Assembly: GCA_040954595.2 (NCBI GenBank)
Contig: CM082583.2
Coordinates: 5,392,849 to 5,456,848 of the forward strand
Reading direction: 5' to 3'
Length of the DNA: 64,000 nucleotides
From: Balanoglossus misakiensis
Taxonomy: Eukaryota; Animalia; Hemichordata
Of the stretch, positions 13,131-26,214 are shown piece by piece (within the stretch, counting starts at the first letter, position 1; the number at the start of each line of letters is the position of its first letter). The translations under genes and the position numbers were made by a program. A model generated the notes under the pieces. The model was given only the letters and a program-made list of their open reading frames with translations. It did not search any database and had not been told where the DNA came from.

Positions 13131-16100
13131 GAGTATCGGCGCAGAGATAAAGCGAAGTGGCATTTGGTGTCATCAATTACCCATTGAGCACCGCATCCGA
13201 ATGGGTGGCCAATCCTACAAGGAGAACGCGGCGCGGGAACACGGACGACGACGGCGACTGACAAGGCTTGCGTTGCAGCTCTGGAGAACGGCGGCGGGTA
13301 TCTGTCACCATGTAACTTTTGTGTGTGTGTATCACACGGAAATATCACACAGGCGATTCAACATTTTCCTGGTTTTAAATGAGAAACAATCACAACTGAA
13401 CCAGATAAACCTTTTTGTGTGCACCGACTGAAGGAAAACGCGAACCGCCATTTCTGACTATTATGCAGACGATAGAAAAACACATCACAAATCTGCCATA
13501 ACCGTATGATTTTATATAACCTTAATAAACCAAACAAAATTACATTCAAAACGCTATTTACCCGACCAATATAGCTAATATCACAGGTATATGTACCAAT
13601 TTTTTTCAATATAACAACGGCCATATAGAAATGAGCTCACAACGATTAAATATGAACCCCATCACGCGATTGAAAATGCACGGATATAACTTCATAGATA
13701 TGAAGCGGGGTTTACGCTCTCAACATTGTAATTCACAAATCTTGACATCCAGCTCTCCTAGAGTTAGAGGCCGGGAAAGAAGTCGCAGCATCTTCTCTTT
13801 CTCAGTCGTGACGTCTCGGCTTTCCCTGAAGGCGATATGCACATTTGGAATGGAAACGCAAAATACAGAACGACAAGGCGAGGCCAAAATAGGCCAGATC
13901 AATACATGTACGTGAAAGCACCCATATACCGCGTGAACAATTATTTTCTTTTAATTCCATAATGTACACATACGTGTATAGGACTACACCTCAACCATAA
14001 TCTCCAATAGCTATAAATAAAATTTCCAGAAATAGAGATTAAAAGCTTTTGCGCATTGAAGATACTGTATTAAAATACCTTTTAATGTATTATACAGAAT
14101 TGGGAATTCGGGTACTTTTGCGGGCGTTATTTATAGTCTAATACATCAAAATCTTGACCATGAACTCAATATTGATAATAAATATTACTCAAAAGAATAT
14201 CGCTTTCTCACAGTAAATCTAATATAAATGGACTCATATCTGAGATTACTTCGGCGAGAGACAACACTGTGCCTGTAGTTTGCAGCCGTGAGACAGTTTT
14301 TGTTGATACTACTATGGTGTAATCAAATAGAGCGACACGTCTAAAAGGGATATAATGGTCAAAAAGGAGACATTTTATGATTAAACTGAGCATTCGCCTA
14401 CAAGGATGGATTACCATGAATTCATTCAATGGGTTGACGCTGTCGTTAAAATTGACATATTCTGCGGGAATCGAGTCCCGCTTGTCTGGCGGCGATACGG
14501 ACTCGGTCTGCCCGCCAATGACGTCACTGATATGCCATTTCCGGCTACGTGGCCAGGACAGCACGGCCCCGAACTTGGAATGGAAGCGATAAAAAGCGTG
14601 CGGTGTAAAATTGACTTGATCGTATTCGGTACTGGTTGTGACGTCATCATATGGCACGCGGCGTCGTGTTCTGCCAGTTTGCTTGTGGGGATCTTTGGAG
14701 GTGTCCTTCAAAATGGTACACGTAAAAAGCAGAGAAAAAAAATCACGATTTTTTTCCGGGCCTGTACTTTTGAAAGAGATGATGTGGCAAGCTTATAGAG
14801 ATGTTGAAAAAAGTAATCTACCTAATTTGAGTCATTTGGCCGTGTTTTCGGCGCCCTCCCCATCCTGACCACCCCTCTCAATCCCTAATGGTGGATCCTT
14901 TTGCGAGTGAACTCAGCAAACCCATCGAATCGATTATGTCCTGGCCGACAAATGTGTGCCTCTCAGTGAACTAAATTTTGGACACCAAAAATATTCACCG
15001 AAACCATGGTATTTTTGTGCCGCACACTTTCCTGTTGTCTATAAAGATATTCAAAATTAAATTGCAGACAGTCTCCTTTCATAGAAGTGCACTATCCTCG
15101 ACTGGGTTTATTACCGACAAGGAAGCAAGTATTATCGCAAGCTTGTTCTCTTTTCTGAAAGGAATGGATTTTCACGGAACAATCAATGTTGCCCGTCCAA
15201 ACCGAATGTCGTATGGTCTTTCCTATAGACTGTGGTGATTTACTTAAATGTCTGTATCCTTCTGACAAGGTCAGGCCTAGAAGCCGACAAACGCGATGCT
15301 CTGCTGGATCTGAAGCATCATTGTATAGTAGACAACCAGGGGCATTGAGTGAAACCGTGTTCTCATATACATGCTTTCATCTGTTTTCCGTGACAGTTGG
15401 AGAAACGAATGAGTCATCGACTTCAGAATGGTCGGCTAGACGATGATTTGTTTCTCTTGCCTTTAATCACAGGTGACATTTACTTACTAACAGTATTAGA
15501 TTAGAATGAATCCCTTATTGATTGATAGAATGATGTAAACGACGGCTCATTACAGTGTAATTAAAATTAATGTGTCTTTTATACCGTGGTATGAATTCTA
15601 AATTAATATGACAGGGATAAATATCCGCGAGTTGGTTGCTGTGGCAATTAGCAGTTAGACATGCTTTGTACTAAGTCCCCCCTCTCTGTGTGTCTCCCGG
15701 GACCCCGTGTTTCCACGTTTCTTCGATTTTTTCCCAAATCTACCCAGATCTAGTACCGCCACTTTTTCCTCAATGTTCAAGCGTGTATAAGGCCTAATAT
15801 AGGCCTTGAAATACATCGCTGTTACAACAACGTACCGAACACAAACTTTCACTGCTCTGCGCATCGCTGGTAAAACTAGAAAGAGCATGAAACTGATATA
15901 GTCAAAAAATACAGCCGGCCCTACACGCAAGGGGGGAACCATAGAGCAAGTTCACCCAAGCTGATAATGTATGGTAATTGGGCTATTTGTGCAAGGTCGG
16001 AAGAACACCGCCACAGTTTACTGTAAACGTCACACCATAGCAGTCCGTGTTTTGATGTATCCATCGCCTTTGTAGTCACAACTGTCACTCTGCATTAAAC

Positions 16101-19100
16101 AGAACGGCGGCGTCTGGCTGTGATATTTGCCAAATGTTGCCCGTTCCGTGCCATTTGACCCTTGGATGTGTATTGAAGCGCCCGACGGAATCATTAGTAG
16201 TCTCGCCCCGCGCCGCGGAATCGTACACGACTGATTTGCCGATTTAAAGCGGGTCAGGCTGAGTTTAACCCCATGACCAGTCCTGACCCATGACTAGGCG
16301 ACACAATTTTGATCCGCAATGAAGCTGTAAGAGTACTTTTATCACGAGTTTCTCTCAATTCTTTCCTGGGGACAGATCTTTCCGGTAGTATTATATCGTA
16401 CTCGTGGATTACACGCGGAATAAAAGAAGTACATGTACATGTAATGTGTTTTGTGACGGAACATAGCCTTCTTTTGCTTGATATTTTGACGAATGCTGTG
16501 CTTAAAATGTGTTCGATAACTGTGTCGATGTGACTTCGGCTGGTGCATGGTGGGATACCCTTGCCAAGAGCCAAAATAGTCGATTACACATGAGATTACG
16601 GACCATTATGAGAGAAAGCGCTGACAGCGAAATCACATGTCCATTGTCGACCGATTTTTGAATGTCTAATTAAAGCCAACCTGGTAGGGTGAAAACACAC
16701 TTGACATTAGAACGGAACCCTTGGCACATTAGTTTATTAGAAATTTCGCAGAACTTGAGGGGAGACTTCAAATGTTTTGTGTGATGGAGAAATATCCACA
16801 GGCCAGACATATTTTACAGGTGATGCATTAACATTTCTGGAAGCCGTCACGGTGGCGTGTTTGTGTCCAGCGGACCCCAGCCAGCAGGTTGTGATAGAAA
16901 GAAAAGACCAATGATTAAACAACTGCACGCTTCACCGCACAGAATTTGCACTTTGCAAGTGTTTCTTAAATTGTGCGCGATGAGATTGAGTCAGGGCCCC
17001 CGGGGGGAAAGCGAGAGAAAGCCCTTCTTCTGCAAGATCAATTGTTCTCTGGAGTTTGTTATTCGCATATCCTTTAAGATTAGGCTTGTTTTTCCGCTGC
17101 CTTTCAGGGGGTCGAGATCACGAGTTTGCCAGGGTGAACATACCTCACCGCAAAGGCATCAACTTGTCATGTTTCGGGGCTTATAACTGCAAAAGGACGG
17201 GTGGCGTCGACTTGTCTAAAAACATCTAGCCAGAGGTTTCAGGTTCTGTAAATTTGTGCAGAGCCCGATAAATGTCGACTAGATACCGGAGTACGTGTCA
17301 CCCAATCGTGGAAGAGAACTCCGAAAGAGATGTTTTTTTTTCAAACTGTGGAAAAACCCGAACTGTCAAATTTCCTGCCTCTTGTTTCCGGTTGTCGGTT
17401 CTTGTCATAGTTCGAATTTATCTCCTAGGTCCCCCTTTGTGCCGCTACGAATAGATAGCATATTGTAGGGTAGTAAAATGCATGTGTTTTCTCCGTGATT
17501 CTTTTTAACTTGCCATGGGTCTCTCTCCTTCCCTAATAAAGTTATCGGTGCCTTGTCTCTGTGCATGTCTCAGTTTCTGATAGGATCGACTGTCCTTTGG
17601 GGTTTACCTTAATATCCCATCCCTTGCTCGCGAGATTCCTTCCCAAGATACTTTTCTTGCTTTACGTTCATCGCCTCGGGGACAGCTTAAGTGCGCTTCT
17701 CGAAGCGTTCTTACAAGTGAGATTTACTACGCGCACGTCATGACTGTCACTTTCCCTTTGATCTTGCGAACATCAACCGACGCTTGTCGCCAACGCCACA
17801 CCTACAGAACTGAAGAGCGTCTGCAGACAACGTGTGAAGCTCAAGGTAGTCAACGGGGAGTTCGGCTGATTGACTGTACGGTGTTAAAGCCGTGCATCTG
17901 TTGTAAATCATACGCATCTTCCGTGAGGATGTGTCCCTCCCCACCGTAAACCTTAATTTTGACGTTTGCATTTGGAGAGAATTGTTTAATGCAGATTAAT
18001 AACAGTCAGTTGGTGAATAGGCCAAGTCTTACCCGAGAAAAACTAGATGTGCAGAACAGCACAGTACAGTACAACATCATGACAACAAAGCGCAGTGACT
18101 AAACACGCAAGTAGTTGAATTGAAAGAACTCGCTTTCAAACCACTATCGAGCTGTCTTTCTCTCCTCGTCGGCTGTTACCGCCTACTTAGGCAACTCAAT
18201 TGCTATGTAGTGTAAATTGACTAATCAAGGCCATCCCATTATTCTTCAACCTTCCAGTCTTCTTGCTGGTCCACCATTTTTATCACCATTCACCGACGAG
18301 TCATTGTGTTTCAATTGGACTTCGAGTGCGAAACTGAACCCGCTGATAAAAAACATAAAGTGGCTTCCCCTTTATCTCAGGTGTCCGGGAGGAAACAATC
18401 GCAGCTCATCTCTTGCTGCGCTTTCTTCAAGATGTCCGTCTACGTTTAGAGGCAAAGGGAAAATTTGTTCTCCTTGTGGTTTCACGCAGTCCGCATATAG
18501 ACTCTCTGTGTGAAAGAAACGGTCACCCAACACTCAAAAAAAGTTGGTAAGAAAATTGTACCTACGAAGAAAACACGGGGCGGGGTTGTTCGAAGGTGTT
18601 TGTCACGATATGTAAATCAAACACCGGTAGGTCACTGACAGGAACAAAGACGATTAGCGATTTCTCTACCAAACTTATACTCTCTGCAGGACAGGTAGAA
18701 GTCGTTGAAAGGAAGACAACTAATTAAACCATTCAAGAAAAAAAAATCCTCTGGCTGCAGTGACGTGTGCGATTAAATCCCAGTAGTGGCTCTACGCAGG
18801 GTAACACGTTTTAAATAGTAATCTTCGACTCATAGCCAAATCTCTTTTGAATGACACCGCGGACACCTGCCTCGGATATGAGATATGCCCGACAATTTCC
18901 CCCAAATTCGTCCCGAGCGACGGCAAGCGAACCGCATTCGCTTGTTATTTAGGTATACCACAGTCTCTCAAGAAAGTATTATTGTCTGCTGTCTATGGAT
19001 ATGCGGGCCTCTTTTCCTGTGTAACAGTCACATGCCCCGGCATATGTAACTAACAATATGCACCGAACCGCGACCGCCAAACATCGACGATCAAGCGGCT

Positions 19101-19189
19101 GACGACGAAAGTGGGAATTGTCGCTGTGTGGGGAAATGATTCTCTCACAACCCTTTCGGACTTCTCTTCAGTACGGTACGCCGATGGCC

Positions 19190-19260
19190 GTCTATTACAG
19201 AGGACAGAGCCAACACGGTTTGGCTGTAAACCGGGTCGGTTCAGTACCCCGAGGCTATTG
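19190..19260. repeat. Copy of an old dispersed repeat (homologous to 33066-33141 in opposite orientation)
   Basis: Seen: collinear blocks GTCTATT..ACAGA..CC(A/G)ACACGGTTTGG..GTA(A/G)ACCG..CAGTAC..CGA are shared with the reverse complement of 33066-33141. Confidence 0.6.
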
Positions 19261-22200
19261 TGGGGACCCCTCCCGGGGACCCTTGCTCGAATATAACACA
19301 AAGCGGAGTGTACACTGCTTGCCTATCTTGACTTTGGTAGCCAGAACATGATTGGGCATCTGAGTAGAAAGCGACGGTGGCGCTGGTAGCGGGGGGGGGG
19401 GGGGGGTGAGAGTGTTGCGCGCCATGATGCACAGGGTTCAAAGAACTTCTAAACCACTTCAAATACGGCCACTGATTAAATTGCTTTCGTGCACTAGCTG
19501 ACAACGTGATAAGTACCACAAATCGCAATTCAATCTCGAGATTCGTTAACCCGACTGACCATTGCAACATTATGCTGGTATCCAGCTTTTCAATTCTTAT
19601 GCCACTTTCGATCGGCGACACAAAAACCACCGCAGACAATTATCCAACATGCCTCTTTTTGTTTCTCTTCGATCAAATGGAGTAGAATGATTCTTCCTTT
19701 TGGCAAAATCCGGTTTTTGAAACGTGTTTGTTCAGAGAATTCTTCGCAGGCATTTCCCACTGTTTTCATTGTCACGGTGTTTAATTGATTGAGAAGTAAA
19801 TTGTTTTTCCTGGAATGCAAAAGATCAGTGAAATTCCAGTCCATCTCTTTTGTCGCTGTAAACATTAAAAACCAACAGCATGGATATAGCTAGAAAGCTC
19901 CACGAAAACATGTTGTAAAAATGTTTCGACCAAATGTAAATCACGGTTTGTATGACCACTTAAATTAGTTTATAATTAGCAAATTAATAATCACCACACC
20001 CCGTACACTAATTACATTGTCACAAGCGTTTTATCTGGCGTGGGTGGTCAGAGGATGTCACTTTGCGTCACTAAATGAATTTGCTGAGGAGGATGTTGTA
20101 GCAGTAATTATCACCCGGCTCGTCACGGAGCTTACTCGTTGGGTGACCTTCTGTTCTCCAAGACAAATCACGTCATTTACAGGGTCGATCATCGTTGACA
20201 CGTGGCCGTTGATTAGCCGCCAACGAGCTGCGCGTGATAAATACACTTGCTTTCCATGTCAAAGAACCGGGAGAACGTATTTAGCTTGAATCTCCACAGT
20301 ACACGTAAATGTTGACGAGTTCTGTTTATTTGGAGGCCAGCGGCTACATATTGCGTTGGCCGGCGGTGCAGAATTTGCACGTCGTTCTAGAAGCGCCCGT
20401 TGTCATGGCTAGACCACGGTCACCCACAAACGTTCGCAGAGTAGAGTAATCCGTCGCTACACAAACACACAGCTTGAACGCATCAGTGAATTTGCATCGT
20501 AATTTGAAGGATTTCCCCGAATATGGATGTCGGCGGATAACCCGAACTATGCGTGCTCAGTGTAAAGCTAGCTATCAAAACAGCGATAACATGTAACTGG
20601 TCCTTTTTATGTCAAACGATAAATTCTGACAAAATGCAAATCAATTTGAAAGTTACATGTAGTTGAAGTGGTACGATTTTTCACGAGGGTTTGGAAAAAA
20701 GCCAATATTTTCTAATAATCGCACTCATACCCATCCATAATATTCCTCGCTTCATTGGTCAAATACATGTATGACCAGTTGCAACGACACACACAAAACA
20801 ATACAGTACAGCACAGATAATCAATTATTAACAAAGGACACAGAACAAAGTCAAGTCCGTGAAGGAGAGATATATTGGTGTCAGATGTTTCGAAAATAGT
20901 TATTTAACCCTGCCCTGCATTATGCGACACCCTAAACTGTCGCAAAGAAAACACGAGAGCCGGGCCACGTTTATGTCGTATTACCAAGTCAGCCCATGGT
21001 CAACCTAATCCCAGCCCAATTTGAATATATAGGCCTATAAGTTGACCAATATGATAAAATACAACTTACACCGATCCTTGATGCAAACAAGCCAAGTATT
21101 GTTTAATGTATTGTTTAATTAGTGTGTTTTCCCTTAGAAATAATTATCTATTATCTCCTTAGAAAAGCAAACCTCTCGTCAACAGTTTGGATTTAAAAAA
21201 TCGATGGACATGAGGGCCGCTTTAGAATCCTAAAGCAAAGATATCGATCTGTAATCCAGCCATGGTAGTTACACGCCAGTGTTGGTAAACCTAGAAAATT
21301 TGCGTGACCATGCCTGCAACATCAATCGAGACTTTTGTTGCATTCTGTGAATTTTGATTCCGTGCGCAGTACTTTTATTCGTGTGAGAACAAGCGTTTCG
21401 AAGTTAGATCGGCGTGGATATTTTTTGTTCTCCACTGCGCCCAGTTCGGTCAATGTGAAGCGCTGATAGGGGCGTCTGTACGCATTGTTTGCACGCGTGT
21501 TGGGGCATTGTTCGTTTCACAATCGACGTATTAAGGACACAAAGGCTGTTATTAAGTTAATTTGGTCACACAGGGAAAATGAGCGGGGTCACAATGATCG
21601 GCTGAGCAAATGCAGGGACGCTTAATTCATCACAGGCAAATGAAACATCGATTTTTTTTAAAGAACCGACAATCCTCCGACGGCTATTTTAAGTAGCCCC
21701 CAGGTCACTCGTTAGCCGAGACACACACACAACAGACAGCAGCAGCAGCTATTTGCATAGGCTGACGACGCGCAGGCGCTCACTTTCACTTTTTCCCTCC
21801 ACCTCAAAACAACAATGGTAGCGTCCAGGTTGTCGATGGGAGTATTCGGCTTCTGGTCTTACGCTTGACTGCCTCCGACAGCTGCGTTGCACTGCATTGG
21901 CTGTGGGCCCGTTTTTTTTCTGTAATAAGGGATTTTGAAGGCGGATGCAAATGAACTATCGGCGTCAAACGCATCAAATGCACAGTGCGTGATTCGCTGC
22001 CGCCATATATTGCAGCGGCTGCGGGCCAAACTGCGAGTGGAGAAATAGCCGCTTCTCTGAGTGTGGTTGCACACACGCCAGTCCATCGTCCGATCGGCAC
22101 GGCTTGGCTAGATCGGCCTGGATACGGACGTTTTCAGGGAGCCCGCCTGAAATAAACATTACTGGTAACTTGGTTAGCGAAGATATCGCAAGGCGGGAAA

Positions 22201-23307
22201 CTTGCCCACATTAAATTGAAATCGTTACTACCAAATGCAGGCCCTGGTATATTTCCACATCGTTTTTACATATTTAAACAGTTATTCAATAGCAGAAGCT
22301 CATTCTCCACGTGTTATGTTTCTACCTTAATCCCTGAACAAATTCTTATTAACTGGGGTATACAAAATCATTCGATCTTGAAGAGGCAGTTTTAAAGCGA
22401 GACAAAACCAAATCTAATGTTATCGCAGCAGAGGCTTGCTGAAGCTCTCACTGATCTTCGGTGTTTTGTTTTTTACATCGACACTTATATCTGCAGCTGA
22501 CACGCGCCTTTCATTTTTTTGTATTTCATGATGGAAGATTAGCTCCGCTGTTACTGGGGCCCCGCGGGACCATCTGCGGATCTATATTTCATGTCTTGTG
22601 GCGACGTTTCATTTCCGAGGGGGCAGTGGTGTGCCGACTTGTACACGTACTCGGCTTGACGAAAAACCACGGAGGTTTCACCCGCCCCAGTCGCCGTTTG
22701 TAATATACAAGTCATGTAAAATTCACTCGACGATTAGGGAATTCATTTCACGTATGTGATTAATGTAGGGCTTGTTTTCTCCTGTAGCAAGTCCACAGAA
22801 TACTTATATCGAGAAGATCTCTGTATATAGCCATCGAATCGGACATGTCTCTGTGCATAGAGTATACGAGTCCATAGACACCCGCCGAAAAATGATTTTC
22901 TGGCGGCAAAGAACTTCAGAAGCCTTTTTTTGCACACGGACTCTAATTTACTTAGCGTTTTCCACACCGACGCATATCACTTTGTGCATAATGAAATTAC
23001 ATATCATTCACATCGATGTCTGTTTATATATTCTTGAAAAAAAAATGATTGCCCCAAGGCACTATTTTCTCGATATGAAAAACTCTGCTAGGCGCCAAAT
23101 GGAAGCCGATTGTAATACTAGTAATTTCCCTCCAAAATTGCATCAATAGCTCTTTCGCTTTTATCATTTTCGCGCCATTTTATTTCCACGACTAGCAAAT
23201 ACAGAAATATTCATGTATATCTATCAGAAAATCATCTGTTTTAAGCACCATTTCCCGATATTCTAAGCGAATAATTTCTCCGCAATGTGAAGAACATTTA
23301 CAGTTAA

Positions 23308-23795
23308 AGCCCCATGAGCTGCAACTCGATAAAAAATTCTAAGCTTTAACATCGGATAGTACTTTTATTCTGTCTATTAAATGATATTGCTTGATAGTAA
23401 ATCAAGAAAACACTTATGACAGAATGGCCAAAAAATCAAAGAAATATCAATACAGTCGATAATTCCCGCAATTTAAAAAATTAAATATTGCAATGAAAAC
23501 TGGAGATGTAACATGTCAGTCTCAGTGGATATGAGATCATGCATTGTTAATGAGGTTTCAGAGTGGGAAATACGACATTTTCATTGTATTTTGCATTTTC
23601 CCACAGTGGCGGCCATATTCCTTTGCGGCAAAGCTTTATTATTTATCTGGTTAAACTTGCATTTGCACTCATACTTAGGGTTTATAATACTGTCTTGATA
23701 TACTTCAGTGCATAAATCTGTATGACTTAATATTAGTACAGTTTGAAAATTAATATCATGATATAAATTTCTCAAAAGTTGCAGCTCATGGGACT
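23308..23795. mobile_element. 488-bp non-autonomous TTAA-target DNA transposon, Kolobok-like
   Basis: Seen: 19-bp TIR AG(C/T)CCCATGAGCTGCAACT with 1 mismatch. TTAA at 23304-23307 and 23796-23799. AT-rich, CpG-poor interior. Knowledge: a TTAA TSD with 5'-RR termini fits Kolobok rather than piggyBac, whose termini begin CC. Confidence 0.85.
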
Positions 23796-26173
23796 TTAAG
23801 GAAATGTCGGCTGGATTGTTCGGTGGATCAAATTTCTGGAAATAGTGTGATGTCGCACGTACAATCGAGATAGCGTTTTTTTTTTTACCTTACAGTGTAT
23901 GTTCACTGTTTTTCAACTGGAGGCTCGATGGCACTGCCTGGGCAGAGAGAGAGAGTCAATGTAATCTGCGATGTATTGATGCAGACAGGAAATCGACATA
24001 TTCTCCACCGTTAAAACATGCTGTTCATTTCAATGAACCTCGTTATTTACATAATTGGCGCGAACGTGACGGAGTTGACAATTGTATCGCCGCGCCGTTG
24101 GACCGACCGTCTCTCTTGCGTGTGCGGGCTTGTATTAACGGAGGGAAAAAAGCCGGGCTTCATAATTTCCCCCCTTTTTATGGATTTTTCTTTGACGCGC
24201 TAATGGGCTGAGAACGACACAATTGTCGCCATTTGCGACGTTCAACACGCTCTGTTATAATTACTCGGAGGAAGCCATAAAAAGACGCCGAGGTTTTAGT
24301 ACTTTACAAGTGCAGAAGACCATAACGACAGAATAATTGTTGTCTATGGTCAGAGGCGTACCGATCCTCTCAAAAAATTAACAAACGGGTATATATTAGG
24401 AAATACTTTTGGTGGGATAAAATTCCAGGCTCAAATAGTCATTTTTCAAATGTTGCATATGCATGTGATATATACTAGTGCATGTATTACCATTGTTGGT
24501 ACCCACGTGACATAACTTCCCTAAATTATCTGGATGCAACCAAACATTTCTTTTTGTTAACAAAAACTCTTCGCGTGAATTGTGTGATGCTCTTATCATA
24601 AAGTAATTTCGAGAAATTAATTATGAAACATTTAAAACATGAAAATCGAATTCAGTTCCGGACAAAAGGCTAGCGCGTGGCGCGCGCGAAATTATTTGCA
24701 TAAATCTGTTACGACTCACTCAGGCACACTCGATATTGAGTTACAGTGGCGACACCGATTCAAATTTATTTTCGGCTCTAAATTTTGATTTGATTCGTAA
24801 ACCGTAGGCCTCTTTCTGAGTAGTAATGCAAAATCTGCTGTAAAAATAGTGCATTCCCCGACAATGCTTTGTCACACCAGCATTCAACGAATAAATAGCA
24901 TGTTCACTTTCGGGCTTATTTTCTGGACAGTGAATATCTACATTTTACTATCCGCTAGACATAGATTAGATCGCGTTCTTGCATGCGATTTGAGTGATTA
25001 CTCAGACATCATGCGCGTCCAACAAACGGCTAATGCAATACAACGAAAACGATCCAACATGGCCGACTGTAAGCCAATTTGTTTTGATTTATTAAAGCCC
25101 CACTCTCTGTGATATTTCGTATTTTCCCCCAGAGGATGGTTCTAATTTTTCAGACCCTCCCAGACATACTAGTATCCCCCCACAAACTTGAGATAAAGCA
25201 GGATAGCATACACAAAGCTGTCTCTTTGCTTTGTGCTGCGATCCAATATGGCCGCTGATTGGTCATGATTTATGGATTAATCTTCAGAGCCAGTAACATA
25301 CGAACATGGTTGCCTCAGAATTTCACCAGATATAGGAACCGATATCAGATAAAACTGGGAGGCATCTGCCAACTCATACAATATAACAGTAACACACAAC
25401 TTGATCTGACATCAAAAGTAAACTTCATTCACGCGTTATTACCATGGCAACGATCTATCGTCGATGTGTGTTGATTCACAAACTACGGATCTTGCCTCTG
25501 GACTGCAAGCATAAAAATATCATACCGAGAGCAGTAAAATGTCCCCTTGCTAGACTTGTTGTCACAGATCAACGAGCATGCGCATATTTTTTTGCGTAAT
25601 TACCATGACAACGGCCAATCAGCTCGGCTTTGTACACAGGGTAATATCGTGTCGTGTGGTGAGTTGCTCACTCGCGTACTATGGCAAGGCTCGGAATGGG
25701 GAAATATAAGCTTATCAAAGAGACGCTTAGGCAGACCCGCTGGTGCGGCGTCCTCATTACAGCGTTAACAGTGAAAAGCACGGATCCAATAAACTAAGCA
25801 GTAATTAGTTCTTTTAGAGGAGCAGTGGTTATTTGCCATCCACTCACTCGCTCTGCAAAGTCGTCTTTTCCCATTCCGCGACTCCCGACGTCTCCTCTTG
25901 AATGCGCAATTTGCATTAAGGATCATTGGAGAACGTGTTATTGACAATATCTGAGGAAATATGTTTTGATCGCGTGATCGCCCTGATAATGTTAAGCGCC
26001 GGCAAATTCACGAATTGAACGATTCGCATTGACGTGCACGATCTTCCGCACTGAGAGATATTTATCGGCTAATATAGTTTGTGTCCAAATAGGACTCTGC
26101 CAGTATAATATGGCAAAATTTACCTGGTACAAATGTAATTTTTTTCGTGTTTAAATTATTAAATTATCTCCCC

Positions 26174-26214
26174 CCTCTCTCTCTCTCTCTCCCCCCCCCC
26201 TCTCTCTCTCTCTC
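26174..26214. repeat. (CT)n microsatellite interrupted by a C10 run
   Basis: Directly visible. Confidence 0.95.

Noticed and set aside
14208-14868. Cluster of overlapping 70-167 aa ORFs on both strands
   Set aside because: No recognisable domain. ORFs are open in several frames because the patch is GC-rich, and it looks like a regulatory island with two CREs.
23686-23707. TAATACTGTCT resembling the miR-200/miR-8 5' end
   Set aside because: The match stops after 11 nt, there is no hairpin, and it lies inside the Kolobok-like MITE. Manual checks for let-7, miR-100, -125, -10, -92, -31, -7, -9 and -124 also found no full match.
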